Below, in pieces: positions 10,901-18,110 of a DNA stretch of 64,000 bases. Source of the stretch: a virus; IMG/VR virus record IMGVR_UViG_3300045988_120991, positions 32,001 through 96,000 of that record, one strand, 5' to 3'. Position 1 is the stretch's first letter, and each line of letters begins with the position of its first letter. The notes beneath the pieces were generated by a model. That model saw nothing but the letters and a program-made list of their open reading frames with translations, was not told the origin of the DNA and ran no database searches. The translations under genes and the position numbers were made by a program.

Positions 10901-13900
10901 GTGCATTTATAAGGGTGGAGATCCAGTACTAGATAACTGGAAGTTTATTAATTGCTACCATGCGGGGCAGGGCACTACTTCCAATGAATATGGATACGCC
11001 GGTAGAAACATTGATATCATCATGTGCGCGGATGGTAAGAATCAGATTGTTAGCAAGATTCCTCTAGATACAGAATATGTTACAGAACTTATTCTTGGAG
11101 ATGGAACAAAGTATAGCGATGGTTCTGGAAAGGTTAGCTTGACGAGAAATTCTGTGCCAAACAATTGGTTTAATTTAAAAGTCAATATTGCTAGCTCAGA
11201 AAATGCAAACAATGCATTACTTCAGAAGAGATACAATGACTACTTACCATATAAAACTGTCGCTATGGAAAAAGATCCAAAGTGTAAGAATAGCATGGAA
11301 TTTGTAAATTGCGTAATATTCATTAAGGAGACTGACCCTGATATCTCTACACATAGAGAATTTAAGGATAATGATTGGCATTACTACGCTTTGGGCAACA
11401 TCGGTGACTCCAAGAAAACCGATGCAACCAGAGTAAATGATGTAAATGATCTCAAAGAGTTCGTCATTGAAGTAAGTGATAACACTCTTGCAAATAGTAC
11501 GTTCCAAACTGGTGTCACGGATAGTAGTGGTGATATGGTTTATCCTATTACCAAGGAACAATGGAAAGCAGGAAATACTGCTTATGATGCCCTATATAAT
11601 GATTGGGACGGCTCTTTCGAGTTCCGCTATGATATGGGTGGTGAAACCAAAGATGGTGCGAGTTTAGCAACATCTGAAGAAAAAGAAGCACAGAGACTTC
11701 TAAATAAGCAAATATGGCGTGATTTCTATGAGTGGGTTATTACTTCTACTGACGAAGAGTTTGTTTCTAAACTAGGGGATTGGGTTATTAAAGATTCCGC
11801 TCTGTATTGGTATTTGTTCACTGAAAGATATACTATGATTGACAACAGAGCGAAAAACACATTTTGGCACTATGCTAAGTGCTCTGATGGTAAGTATCGT
11901 TTTGAATTGTGGGATTATGATAACGATACAGGCTTGGGAATTAATAACTCAGGTGAGCTAACAATGACTTACGGCAAAGAAGATATAGACTATAAAACAG
12001 ATGGAGATCCATCATCTGGCTACATCTTCAATGCGGCAGATAGTGTATTTTGGTGTCGTATTCGTGATTTGATGAAAAATGATTTAGCAACAATGTATCA
12101 GACTCTTGATAGTAGTGGTTGTTGGAGTGACACTTCTCTAATTAATGAATTTGATAATTGGCAAGCTCAATTCCCAGAAGAACTTTGGAGACTTGATATT
12201 GAGCGTAAGTATTATCGTACATATCAAGGTGGTGGCTTAAATGGTGGTTTAGAGCCAGAGCCAACTCCTCGTTTCCTAGCCTCCATGATGAATGGTCGTA
12301 AGAAGTATCAGCGTAGACAGTTTGAGCGTGACCAAGCTGCTTATATGGGAACAAAATATTTGTCCACAACTATCAAAGCAGACCAAATCATGTTTAGATG
12401 CAACACTCCTTCTGGTGTAGTTGTTGCACCTAATTACACGCTAAACATTGTACCATATTCTGATATGTATTTGTCTGTATTGTTTGGTAATTCTCCAAGT
12501 GCCCAACAGATTCGTGCAAAAGCTGGGCAGACATACGAAATCACCTGCCCACTTACCAAGATGGATGATACAGCAGTACTGATTTATTGTGCTTCTCGTA
12601 TTCAGGCACTAAATGATATTTCTGCTTGTTATATTCACGATAACGACTTCTCAAAGGCTTCCAAGCTTCAGAAACTAATTATCGGTAATAGCACATCTGG
12701 ATATTCTAATCAGTTCTTAACAAACTTAAATCTTGGTAACAATGCACTTTTAGAAGAACTAAATATTCGTAATTGCCCCAATTTGACTGGTTCTATCAAC
12801 CTTTCAAGCTGTGGCAATCTAGAGAAGCTTTATGCCGAAGGTACTTCAATTACTGGTGTATTGTTCGCCTCTAATGGTAAAATTGTCTTGGCTCATCTAC
12901 CAGGAACTATTAATAGTTTGACATTAAAGAATCTGAAGTATCTTACTGATTTATTGGCGACTTATGGGAACCTTGAGTCTTTGACCGTTGAGAATTCTAT
13001 CGTAGACGAATATTCTATTGTTGAGGATGCTATAGACACATTACAAATTTTGAGATTGGTTGGTATTGACTGGACTGTTACAAATACTGATTTGCTAAAC
13101 AAGATTCTTAAGATGAATAGCAGTATGCTTGCCGGTAAGGTCCATATTGCTGGCCAAGCAAGACAGAGAGAATTAGATGCTTATGCGTCTGCATGGCCTG
13201 ATTTAATTGTTACTTATAATGGTATCATTACACAGTACAAAGTTACGTTTATGAACGCAGATGGCACACCAATTAAAGATAAGAAGGGCAATGATTATGT
13301 TCAGTATGTAGACCAAGGTGGAAAGGCTATTGACCCAATTACAAATGGTGATATTAATACTCCTACGATTACTAGTACTGAACAGTACAATTATACCTTC
13401 TCTGGTTGGGATGGCATTGATTCAAATGTAACTTCAGCAATGACTGTTACCGCAAAGTATAATGAGACCGTCAGAACCTATACCGTCCGTTGGTTTAAGC
13501 AGCCTGGTGTTGTTTGGGAAACCAAAGAAAATGTTGAGTATGGCACTGGTGCATGGCCAGACAAGGAAAACCCAACTATGAATGATAATGAGGATTCTTA
13601 TATTTATAATATCTTTACTGGTTGGGATAAAAATACTGGCTTCATTACTGGAAACACTGATGTTTATGCAAAATGGCAAACTCAAAATGGTCTACCTCAG
13701 TCTGGTACAGAGCTAAAAGATATGACTCCTGTTCAGCTATATGCGGTCACAACGGCAGGTAAGACCAATGACTATTTTGAACAGAAGGATTATATTGATG
13801 TCAACATGGGCAATGACTATTCATTTACTAATGTTGCAGAGAACGTTCTAGCAGGAGAGAAGACCTTCGATGGAACTAGTTCTAAAGTTATAGATACTGG

Positions 13901-14927
13901 AATTAAGCTATTTGACGCAGATAGGTCCTTTACCATGGCGATTGATTTTGAGTTTGGTAACAATTCGTTTTCTGATGATACACTGCTATCTTGCTTCGAG
14001 TACGATGGTTCAGAAGGTTTCAGATTGAAGTTCAATGGCACTAGTCCTGAAATTCAGTGGGGTAATTCCAGCCAAGTAGTTGGTTATGGTGCAAAGAGGG
14101 ACCTTGTTGTTTTACGTCATATAAAAGGCGAGGATAAATTATACATCTACTCTTTCAATGCTGGTGCTGGTTCAAGTGACATATATGCAGATGAGATTGA
14201 GTACACCGAGCTGACTCGTAACCGTAGCACTTCTACGGAAGCAACAATTGTTCTTGGTGGATTTAAGTTCTTATCAAATGGTACTATCGACAACATGGGT
14301 AAGGGTTGTATCCATTGGGCAAAGGTATGGCTTGAAGATTTGGGCGATTCTATCGCTAGAGATTTGGCTGCTTGGCCCCATGAAACTATCCGTCTAGAAT
14401 ATTGCGGAAGTGAACGTTATAGATTTGCAAATGACTCTAGTCGTAAGACCGGTGCTTCATTTATTGCAAAAGATTTGCTATCTCACGAGCACAATATGAA
14501 CTCAACGAATACTAATGTTGGTGGTTGGGAAGACACTTCTATGAGACAATTTATGAACTCTAGAGTATATGAAGGATTCCCACTTGTATGGAAGTCAATT
14601 CTTAAGAAGGTACAAGTGCCTACTAGTATTGGCGGAAATTCTACGGAGATTGTATTCTCAAAAGACTATGTTTATGCTCCGTCTTATGTTGAGCTTTCTG
14701 GTATTCAGACAGTACCTTATGTAAACGAAGGTAGTCATATTACGTGGTTTACTGATGATGCTTCAAGAGTAAAGACTAGAAATGGTGTTGCGAAAGGATA
14801 TTATGGTAGATCTGCTATTATCAACTACAATACGTATTTCGTCTATACTAATGAGCAAGGTACATGCAATAACATGTATATAGTGTCGAGCAGAAACAGT
14901 GGTATTTGTATATGTGTTTCAGTGTAA
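7977..14927 (+). CDS. giant multidomain fibre/adhesin (2,316 aa)
   Basis: AAGGAGG RBS and an uninterrupted 6.9-kb ORF. Motifs seen by eye, in order:
- a duplicated LTDGTH.V.LP...DD.F N-terminal module;
- GKGLSTNDYTTPEKNKLSGI;
- three LP..G....Y...... repeats;
- a Gly6-Thr5 linker;
- Ig-like segments;
- a LamG-like segment;
- a CotH-like region (about 10700-12400; IDNRAKNTFWHY...YRFELWDYDNDTGLG);
- LRRs (about 12620-13050);
- two Listeria-Bacteroides repeats (YKVTF...YTFSGWD, YTVRW...IFTGWD; about 13230-13680);
- a second LamG-like segment (about 13850-14350);
- a DUF6273-like end. Confidence 0.85.
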   Translation: MAYINKVTVRGRTYNLENLTDGTHIVRLPTLSGDDVFVTEKTLQTGVKASELTDGTHTVSLPKNLTKDDTFVLQSAQDKVNNTKVDKVNGKGLSTNDYTTPEKNKLSGIEDGANKYIHPIYNARVSGLYKITVDSTGHVSDVSEVTKDDITGLGITDGTDAVTQANAYTNKTISEYEPYSIEVVDTLPESGEDRTFYLVPNESKTGYTKYWWITDNGEQKWDEFKGASTVVVTELPTTGEKETDYILHSDAGCFYYKWIDNEWKMVAGTVAHIVNELPQIGNEYSDYYVKNTDDSYVHYRYIDGAFCIIGGDTYNKTQVDNKISTLKTDIDSNTTNITSLSRTVDGIRQDLDSLDTEGYTYYATYGNATLATGDEAENVFTLYEVKNEKEEVKSQFVITGGGGGGTTTTTLKVERITESPIIVTTTDKVEISFNYSSTDSDGESVDGTCTWKLGNTVLSTGALVQGVNTFDMTEHVNIGTQKFVLTVVDAAGSVAVKSWTVQKVDVRLESSFSDKIAYEANKSVNFTYTPYGAINKTVHFVLDGAEIGTVATSSSGTLQSYTLPAQEHGAHLLECYITATINGKSVETDHIFKDIIWYDENSETPVIGCVYRYDHYGKVEAKQYNSTNIPFYVFDPKTETPTITRSVDGKVIATQTMSGTSDVWAYKSSDIGEHTLTITCKSTTLTIVMDIKELGITIEPITANLAFDFNPTGLSNSDEDRLWKDNSTNVTMTVSDNFDWSNGGYQIDSDGNQYFCVKAGTTATINYNLFERDANTYGSEFKCIFKTTNVRKANATFLTCQADSTVVGLEMNVHEAYLRSSIKSLYIPYSEEDVIEFEFNINSLDKDNPDATAIIMSYEDGVGLRPMIYDSTHRLYQYEPVPITIGSTDCDVHIYRMKAYTSALTDSNILSNFIADARDSDEMIARYNRNQIYDENNALTPESVANACPQLRVIKIECPHFTNDKKDYVKGTNVECIYKGGDPVLDNWKFINCYHAGQGTTSNEYGYAGRNIDIIMCADGKNQIVSKIPLDTEYVTELILGDGTKYSDGSGKVSLTRNSVPNNWFNLKVNIASSENANNALLQKRYNDYLPYKTVAMEKDPKCKNSMEFVNCVIFIKETDPDISTHREFKDNDWHYYALGNIGDSKKTDATRVNDVNDLKEFVIEVSDNTLANSTFQTGVTDSSGDMVYPITKEQWKAGNTAYDALYNDWDGSFEFRYDMGGETKDGASLATSEEKEAQRLLNKQIWRDFYEWVITSTDEEFVSKLGDWVIKDSALYWYLFTERYTMIDNRAKNTFWHYAKCSDGKYRFELWDYDNDTGLGINNSGELTMTYGKEDIDYKTDGDPSSGYIFNAADSVFWCRIRDLMKNDLATMYQTLDSSGCWSDTSLINEFDNWQAQFPEELWRLDIERKYYRTYQGGGLNGGLEPEPTPRFLASMMNGRKKYQRRQFERDQAAYMGTKYLSTTIKADQIMFRCNTPSGVVVAPNYTLNIVPYSDMYLSVLFGNSPSAQQIRAKAGQTYEITCPLTKMDDTAVLIYCASRIQALNDISACYIHDNDFSKASKLQKLIIGNSTSGYSNQFLTNLNLGNNALLEELNIRNCPNLTGSINLSSCGNLEKLYAEGTSITGVLFASNGKIVLAHLPGTINSLTLKNLKYLTDLLATYGNLESLTVENSIVDEYSIVEDAIDTLQILRLVGIDWTVTNTDLLNKILKMNSSMLAGKVHIAGQARQRELDAYASAWPDLIVTYNGIITQYKVTFMNADGTPIKDKKGNDYVQYVDQGGKAIDPITNGDINTPTITSTEQYNYTFSGWDGIDSNVTSAMTVTAKYNETVRTYTVRWFKQPGVVWETKENVEYGTGAWPDKENPTMNDNEDSYIYNIFTGWDKNTGFITGNTDVYAKWQTQNGLPQSGTELKDMTPVQLYAVTTAGKTNDYFEQKDYIDVNMGNDYSFTNVAENVLAGEKTFDGTSSKVIDTGIKLFDADRSFTMAIDFEFGNNSFSDDTLLSCFEYDGSEGFRLKFNGTSPEIQWGNSSQVVGYGAKRDLVVLRHIKGEDKLYIYSFNAGAGSSDIYADEIEYTELTRNRSTSTEATIVLGGFKFLSNGTIDNMGKGCIHWAKVWLEDLGDSIARDLAAWPHETIRLEYCGSERYRFANDSSRKTGASFIAKDLLSHEHNMNSTNTNVGGWEDTSMRQFMNSRVYEGFPLVWKSILKKVQVPTSIGGNSTEIVFSKDYVYAPSYVELSGIQTVPYVNEGSHITWFTDDASRVKTRNGVAKGYYGRSAIINYNTYFVYTNEQGTCNNMYIVSSRNSGICICVSV

Positions 14928-14941
14928 TGAGGTGAAGAATT

Positions 14942-15679
14942 ATGAGATATTATAAGATTATTATTAATAACGAAATTGTTGGAATTGGTACAACAATAGA
15001 CTTAAGAAAGTTCCAAAAGAAGCATGAAATCTTTTTGTCTTGTGATGAATCTGAAGCACAGTACATTCAGTATAAAGAAAAAATGTATCATGCTGTATGG
15101 ATGCTACCAGTGGCTACAGAAGGGTTTTTAGTGGCTGATGTTGTAGAAGTCCAACAGGATGAGTACGAAACGCTTTTGTCTGCAATGGAATCAAATGAAA
15201 CGATTGAGATTGTTCCAGATGAGGAAGCAGACAATGATGATTATGTTGACGAAAATGACAAAATTACTATTGATTATGTAAAAAAGTCGAAAATTAACGA
15301 AATGAAGGCAACTTGTAACAAGATGATTACAAATGGTTTTGATATAAAGCTAAGTGATGGAGAATCTCATCATTTTTCACTTACCATACAAGACCAACTA
15401 AACTTGATTACATCTTCTCAAATGATTTTAGACGGAATTCAAACAATTCCATATCATGCAGATGGGGAACTTTGCAAGTATTATTCTATTACAGACATGG
15501 ATCAGGTCGTTAGTATGGCAAACTCTTTTAAAACATATCATGTGGCATATTTTAATTCATTGAAGTCATATATCAATTCATTACAAGATATAAATAAAAT
15601 TTCAGCCATATCTTATGGCGATGATATTCCAGTTAAATATCAATCAGAAGTTTATATTGCACTAAAATATGAATTTTGA
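14942..15679 (+). CDS. hypothetical acidic protein, possible fibre assembly factor (245 aa)
   Basis: GAGGTG RBS. Lies immediately downstream of the giant adhesin. Has an acidic central stretch (DEEADNDDYVDEND). The C-terminal half resembles DUF4376-type phage domains from memory. A terminator follows. Confidence 0.45.
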   Translation: MRYYKIIINNEIVGIGTTIDLRKFQKKHEIFLSCDESEAQYIQYKEKMYHAVWMLPVATEGFLVADVVEVQQDEYETLLSAMESNETIEIVPDEEADNDDYVDENDKITIDYVKKSKINEMKATCNKMITNGFDIKLSDGESHHFSLTIQDQLNLITSSQMILDGIQTIPYHADGELCKYYSITDMDQVVSMANSFKTYHVAYFNSLKSYINSLQDINKISAISYGDDIPVKYQSEVYIALKYEF

Positions 15680-15696
15680 TTATAAGAAGAAACACT

Positions 15697-15727
15697 AACG
15701 AGAGGTGCTTATGTGCCTCTCGTTTTT
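15697..15727 (+). terminator. rho-independent terminator
   Basis: AACGAGAGG (15697-15705) pairs with CCTCTCGTT (15716-15724) and runs into TTTTT. The ORF-track start at GTG 15713 lies inside this hairpin. Confidence 0.7.
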
Positions 15728-15748
15728 GTAATTCATAGTGGAGGTGAA

Positions 15749-16921
15749 AAAATGTCCTACATAAATACTATTGATATTAATGGAGTAGTATATAATTTAG
15801 GTAGTTTAACTGACGGTAATTATGAAGTTAATTTACCAAATTTAAAAAATAATGATGTTTTCTTATTGCAAGGAGATGTTGTTAGTAATTTGGTTACACA
15901 GTCAAATAAGCCACTTGCTGCAAGTCAAGGCAAGATTCTTAATGACAAGATTAGTGCATTAAGTGAAAGTTCCACAAATCAAGGAACAAGTCTTAAAAGT
16001 GATATTGCCCAGTTAAGGACAGATATGACAACGGGAGATTCTACAACACTATCTAATGCAAAGTCATATGCAGATGGACTAAAATCAGCATCCGATAAAA
16101 AGGACACGGAACTTGATGGTGAAATTACAGCCCTCAGAACAGACATGGGTACTAATGATACGTCAACATTAACATCCGCAAAATCATATACTGACACAAA
16201 GTGCGGGGATACATTGGTTTCTGCAAAAACATATTCGGACAATGGTTTTATAAATAAAACAAATATAGTTGACAATCTTACTACTGATTCTGCTGACAAG
16301 GTTTTATCTGCAAAACAAGGCAAAGTGTTAGAAGATAAAAAGTTTAATAAGGTGGGTGGAACTATTTCTGGAGCAGTAACTATAAATGGCACTCTTACAA
16401 TTGGTGGTTCTAATGGGATTAGTGTTAGTAAGGTTCCGACTGCAAACAATGATGTGGTAAATAAGAAATACGTTGATGACAAAATTTCTGGCTATAGTAT
16501 AGCTGATAATTCGATAACAACTGCAATGATTGTTGATGGTGCAATTACAAAGGCAAAACTAGGAACGGACATTACTTTAGACTCAAGTGAAATTGGTACA
16601 ACAACCGAAGGTTGGACATATATAAAAATGAGTAATGGTGTTGCGATTGCCTGGGGTAGTTTTGAAAATAGTGCCGGAGTTGGTTCTAATGGTGAGTTTT
16701 CTGAAGCATATCCAACCGGATTGTTTATAAATGCACCAGCTTGTACACCATTTTTGTATGCAAGTGGGCAAGATGTTATCCAATTTAGTAAAGATGCTGG
16801 TGATAAGGATAATACACCAAAGATTGGTGTTCACTTATTGAGTTCAATACTTAACCCGGGCACTTCAGAAGCATTGGGAACTATCAAAATTGACTATATT
16901 GCAATTGGTAAATGGAAATAA
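15749..16921 (+). CDS. fibre protein (390 aa) sharing its N-terminal module with the giant adhesin
   Basis: ATG 15749 lies 5 nt after GGAGGTG; the track's GTG 15713 is rejected. MSYINTIDINGVVYNLGSLTDGNYEVNLPNLKNNDVFLLQG parallels MAYINKVTVRGRTYNLENLTDGTHIVRLPTLSGDDVFVTE. Also contains repeated LRTDM...T.L..AKSY.D motifs. Confidence 0.7.
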   Translation, partial: KMSYINTIDINGVVYNLGSLTDGNYEVNLPNLKNNDVFLLQGDVVSNLVTQSNKPLAASQGKILNDKISALSESSTNQGTSLKSDIAQLRTDMTTGDSTTLSNAKSYADGLKSASDKKDTELDGEITALRTDMGTNDTSTLTSAKSYTDTKCGDTLVSAKTYSDNGFINKTNIVDNLTTDSADKVLSAKQGKVLEDKKFNKVGGTISGAVTINGTLTIGGSNGISVSKVPTANNDVVNKKYVDDKISGYSIADNSITTAMIVDGAITKAKLGTDITLDSSEIGTTTEGWTYIKMSNGVAIAWGSFENSAGVGSNGEFSEAYPTGLFINAPACTPFLYASGQDVIQFSKDAGDKDNTPKIGVHLLSSILNPGTSEALGTIKIDYIAIGKWK

Positions 16922-16982
16922 TTTTCAATAAATTTATCGGCATATGTCGGTATTTTTATTTTGTATTAAGGAGGTAACACAA

Positions 16983-17864
16983 GTGGCAAACAAGACATTT
17001 AATACCCGCATTAAGAATAAGCGGGATACGAGTGCGAACTGGACTAGCAAAGACCCTGTTTTGTTAGATGGCGAACTCATTATTGTTGACACAGCAAGTG
17101 GTGAAGTGAGATTTAAAATTGGTGATGGCACTAAGAAGTACTCACAGTTGCCATTCCAAGATGAGATTTTAAGAAATTCAAAAGTAGATTTGGACGCTGG
17201 TGTATATACTGCTACTGCTTCAAGCACTGATGGTATAGCATATTCTGCTACTGTTCCCGGTATTACTGCTTTAACCGCTGGCGCTAGTTTTATTATGATT
17301 CCAAATAAAGCAAGTACAAGCAAGGCACCAACATTAAATGTTAACGGATTAGGCGCAAAGCCAATTAGGCGCAGACTAAGCTCTCTAACAACTAGCTTAC
17401 AGCAAGGATATAGTACTAACTGGATTGCCCTCAATAAGCCGTTTATTGTAGTATATGATGGTATAGCATGGGTTGTTGAAGGTCTGACAAAAACTGATGG
17501 TGCAGATGTGTATGGAGCGGTTGCACAAGCTACGGCAGATGCGAACGGAAACAACATTGCAAAGACATATGCTACGATTGTTATGCTGCAAAGTCTGTTG
17601 CCAAAGGTCACAACAATTACACTGACATCTAATTGGGTTGGAGGTGCAAGCCCATATTATCAGGATGTTGCACTAAGTTGTGTAACAGAGACAAGCATTG
17701 TTGATTTGCAGCCAACGCCAGAGCAGCTTAACTCTTGGCAGGATGATGGGATTGCATTTACAACTTTGAGCGGAAATGGTACTGTGCGTGTTTATGTAGC
17801 TGGCGGTAAGCCAAGCAGCGCAATTTCAGTACAAGTTAGAGTACAGGAGGTGACAGTTATATGA
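16983..17864 (+). CDS. fibre/receptor-binding-like protein with Mtd_N/HylP-type N-terminal domain (293 aa)
   Basis: GTG 16983 lies 7 nt after AAGGAGG. The N-terminus ANKTFNTRIKNKRDTSANWTSKDPVLLDGELIIVDTASGEVRFKIGDGTKKY matches the paralogue family. The long antisense ORF 16934-17611 is a shadow ORF. Confidence 0.7.
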   Translation: MANKTFNTRIKNKRDTSANWTSKDPVLLDGELIIVDTASGEVRFKIGDGTKKYSQLPFQDEILRNSKVDLDAGVYTATASSTDGIAYSATVPGITALTAGASFIMIPNKASTSKAPTLNVNGLGAKPIRRRLSSLTTSLQQGYSTNWIALNKPFIVVYDGIAWVVEGLTKTDGADVYGAVAQATADANGNNIAKTYATIVMLQSLLPKVTTITLTSNWVGGASPYYQDVALSCVTETSIVDLQPTPEQLNSWQDDGIAFTTLSGNGTVRVYVAGGKPSSAISVQVRVQEVTVI

Positions 17865-18061
17865 GTGGTTTATACGGAAATGTATGTGGAGGATTTGGTA
17901 ATCCCAAGACATATGTTTTAACAGATAAAAACGGAAAAGAAATCACTGGTGTTCTAGTTGATAATTTGACTGTCTTTACCGCTACCCCTGAAGATGTTCG
18001 TTTTGGTAAGGTGTTTGCCGGAGATGAAGGCGTAAAGACAGGAACGAATACGTCAATTTAA
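17861..18061 (+). CDS. small fibre-associated protein (66 aa)
   Basis: ATGA overlap with the upstream stop. TATPEDVRFGKVFAGDEGVKTGTN resembles the SDATATANDILAGMTAYTAEGKTTGT module of the 23860 gene. Confidence 0.45.
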   Translation: MSGLYGNVCGGFGNPKTYVLTDKNGKEITGVLVDNLTVFTATPEDVRFGKVFAGDEGVKTGTNTSI

Positions 18062-18110
18062 TAAATTGTTAAACTAATGATAAAGCTTTATTTTAAGGGA
18101 GGAATTTTTT

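Noticed and set aside
16934-17611. 225-aa minus-strand ORF overlapping the 16983-17864 fibre gene, and similar antisense ORFs such as 15979-16482.
   Set aside because: They lie entirely antisense to genes that have a clear RBS and family motifs. They have no RBS of their own, and their composition is what the reverse complement of GCT/ACT/GGT-rich fibre codons would produce. These are shadow ORFs.
3171-17864. A diversity-generating retroelement, suggested by the Mtd_N-like N-terminal domains.
   Set aside because: There is no reverse transcriptase ORF in the window. I could not see any near-identical template/variable repeat pair with adenine-specific differences. Mtd_N-type domains are widespread in non-DGR fibres. 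An exhaustive repeat search over the full genome would be needed to exclude a DGR fully.
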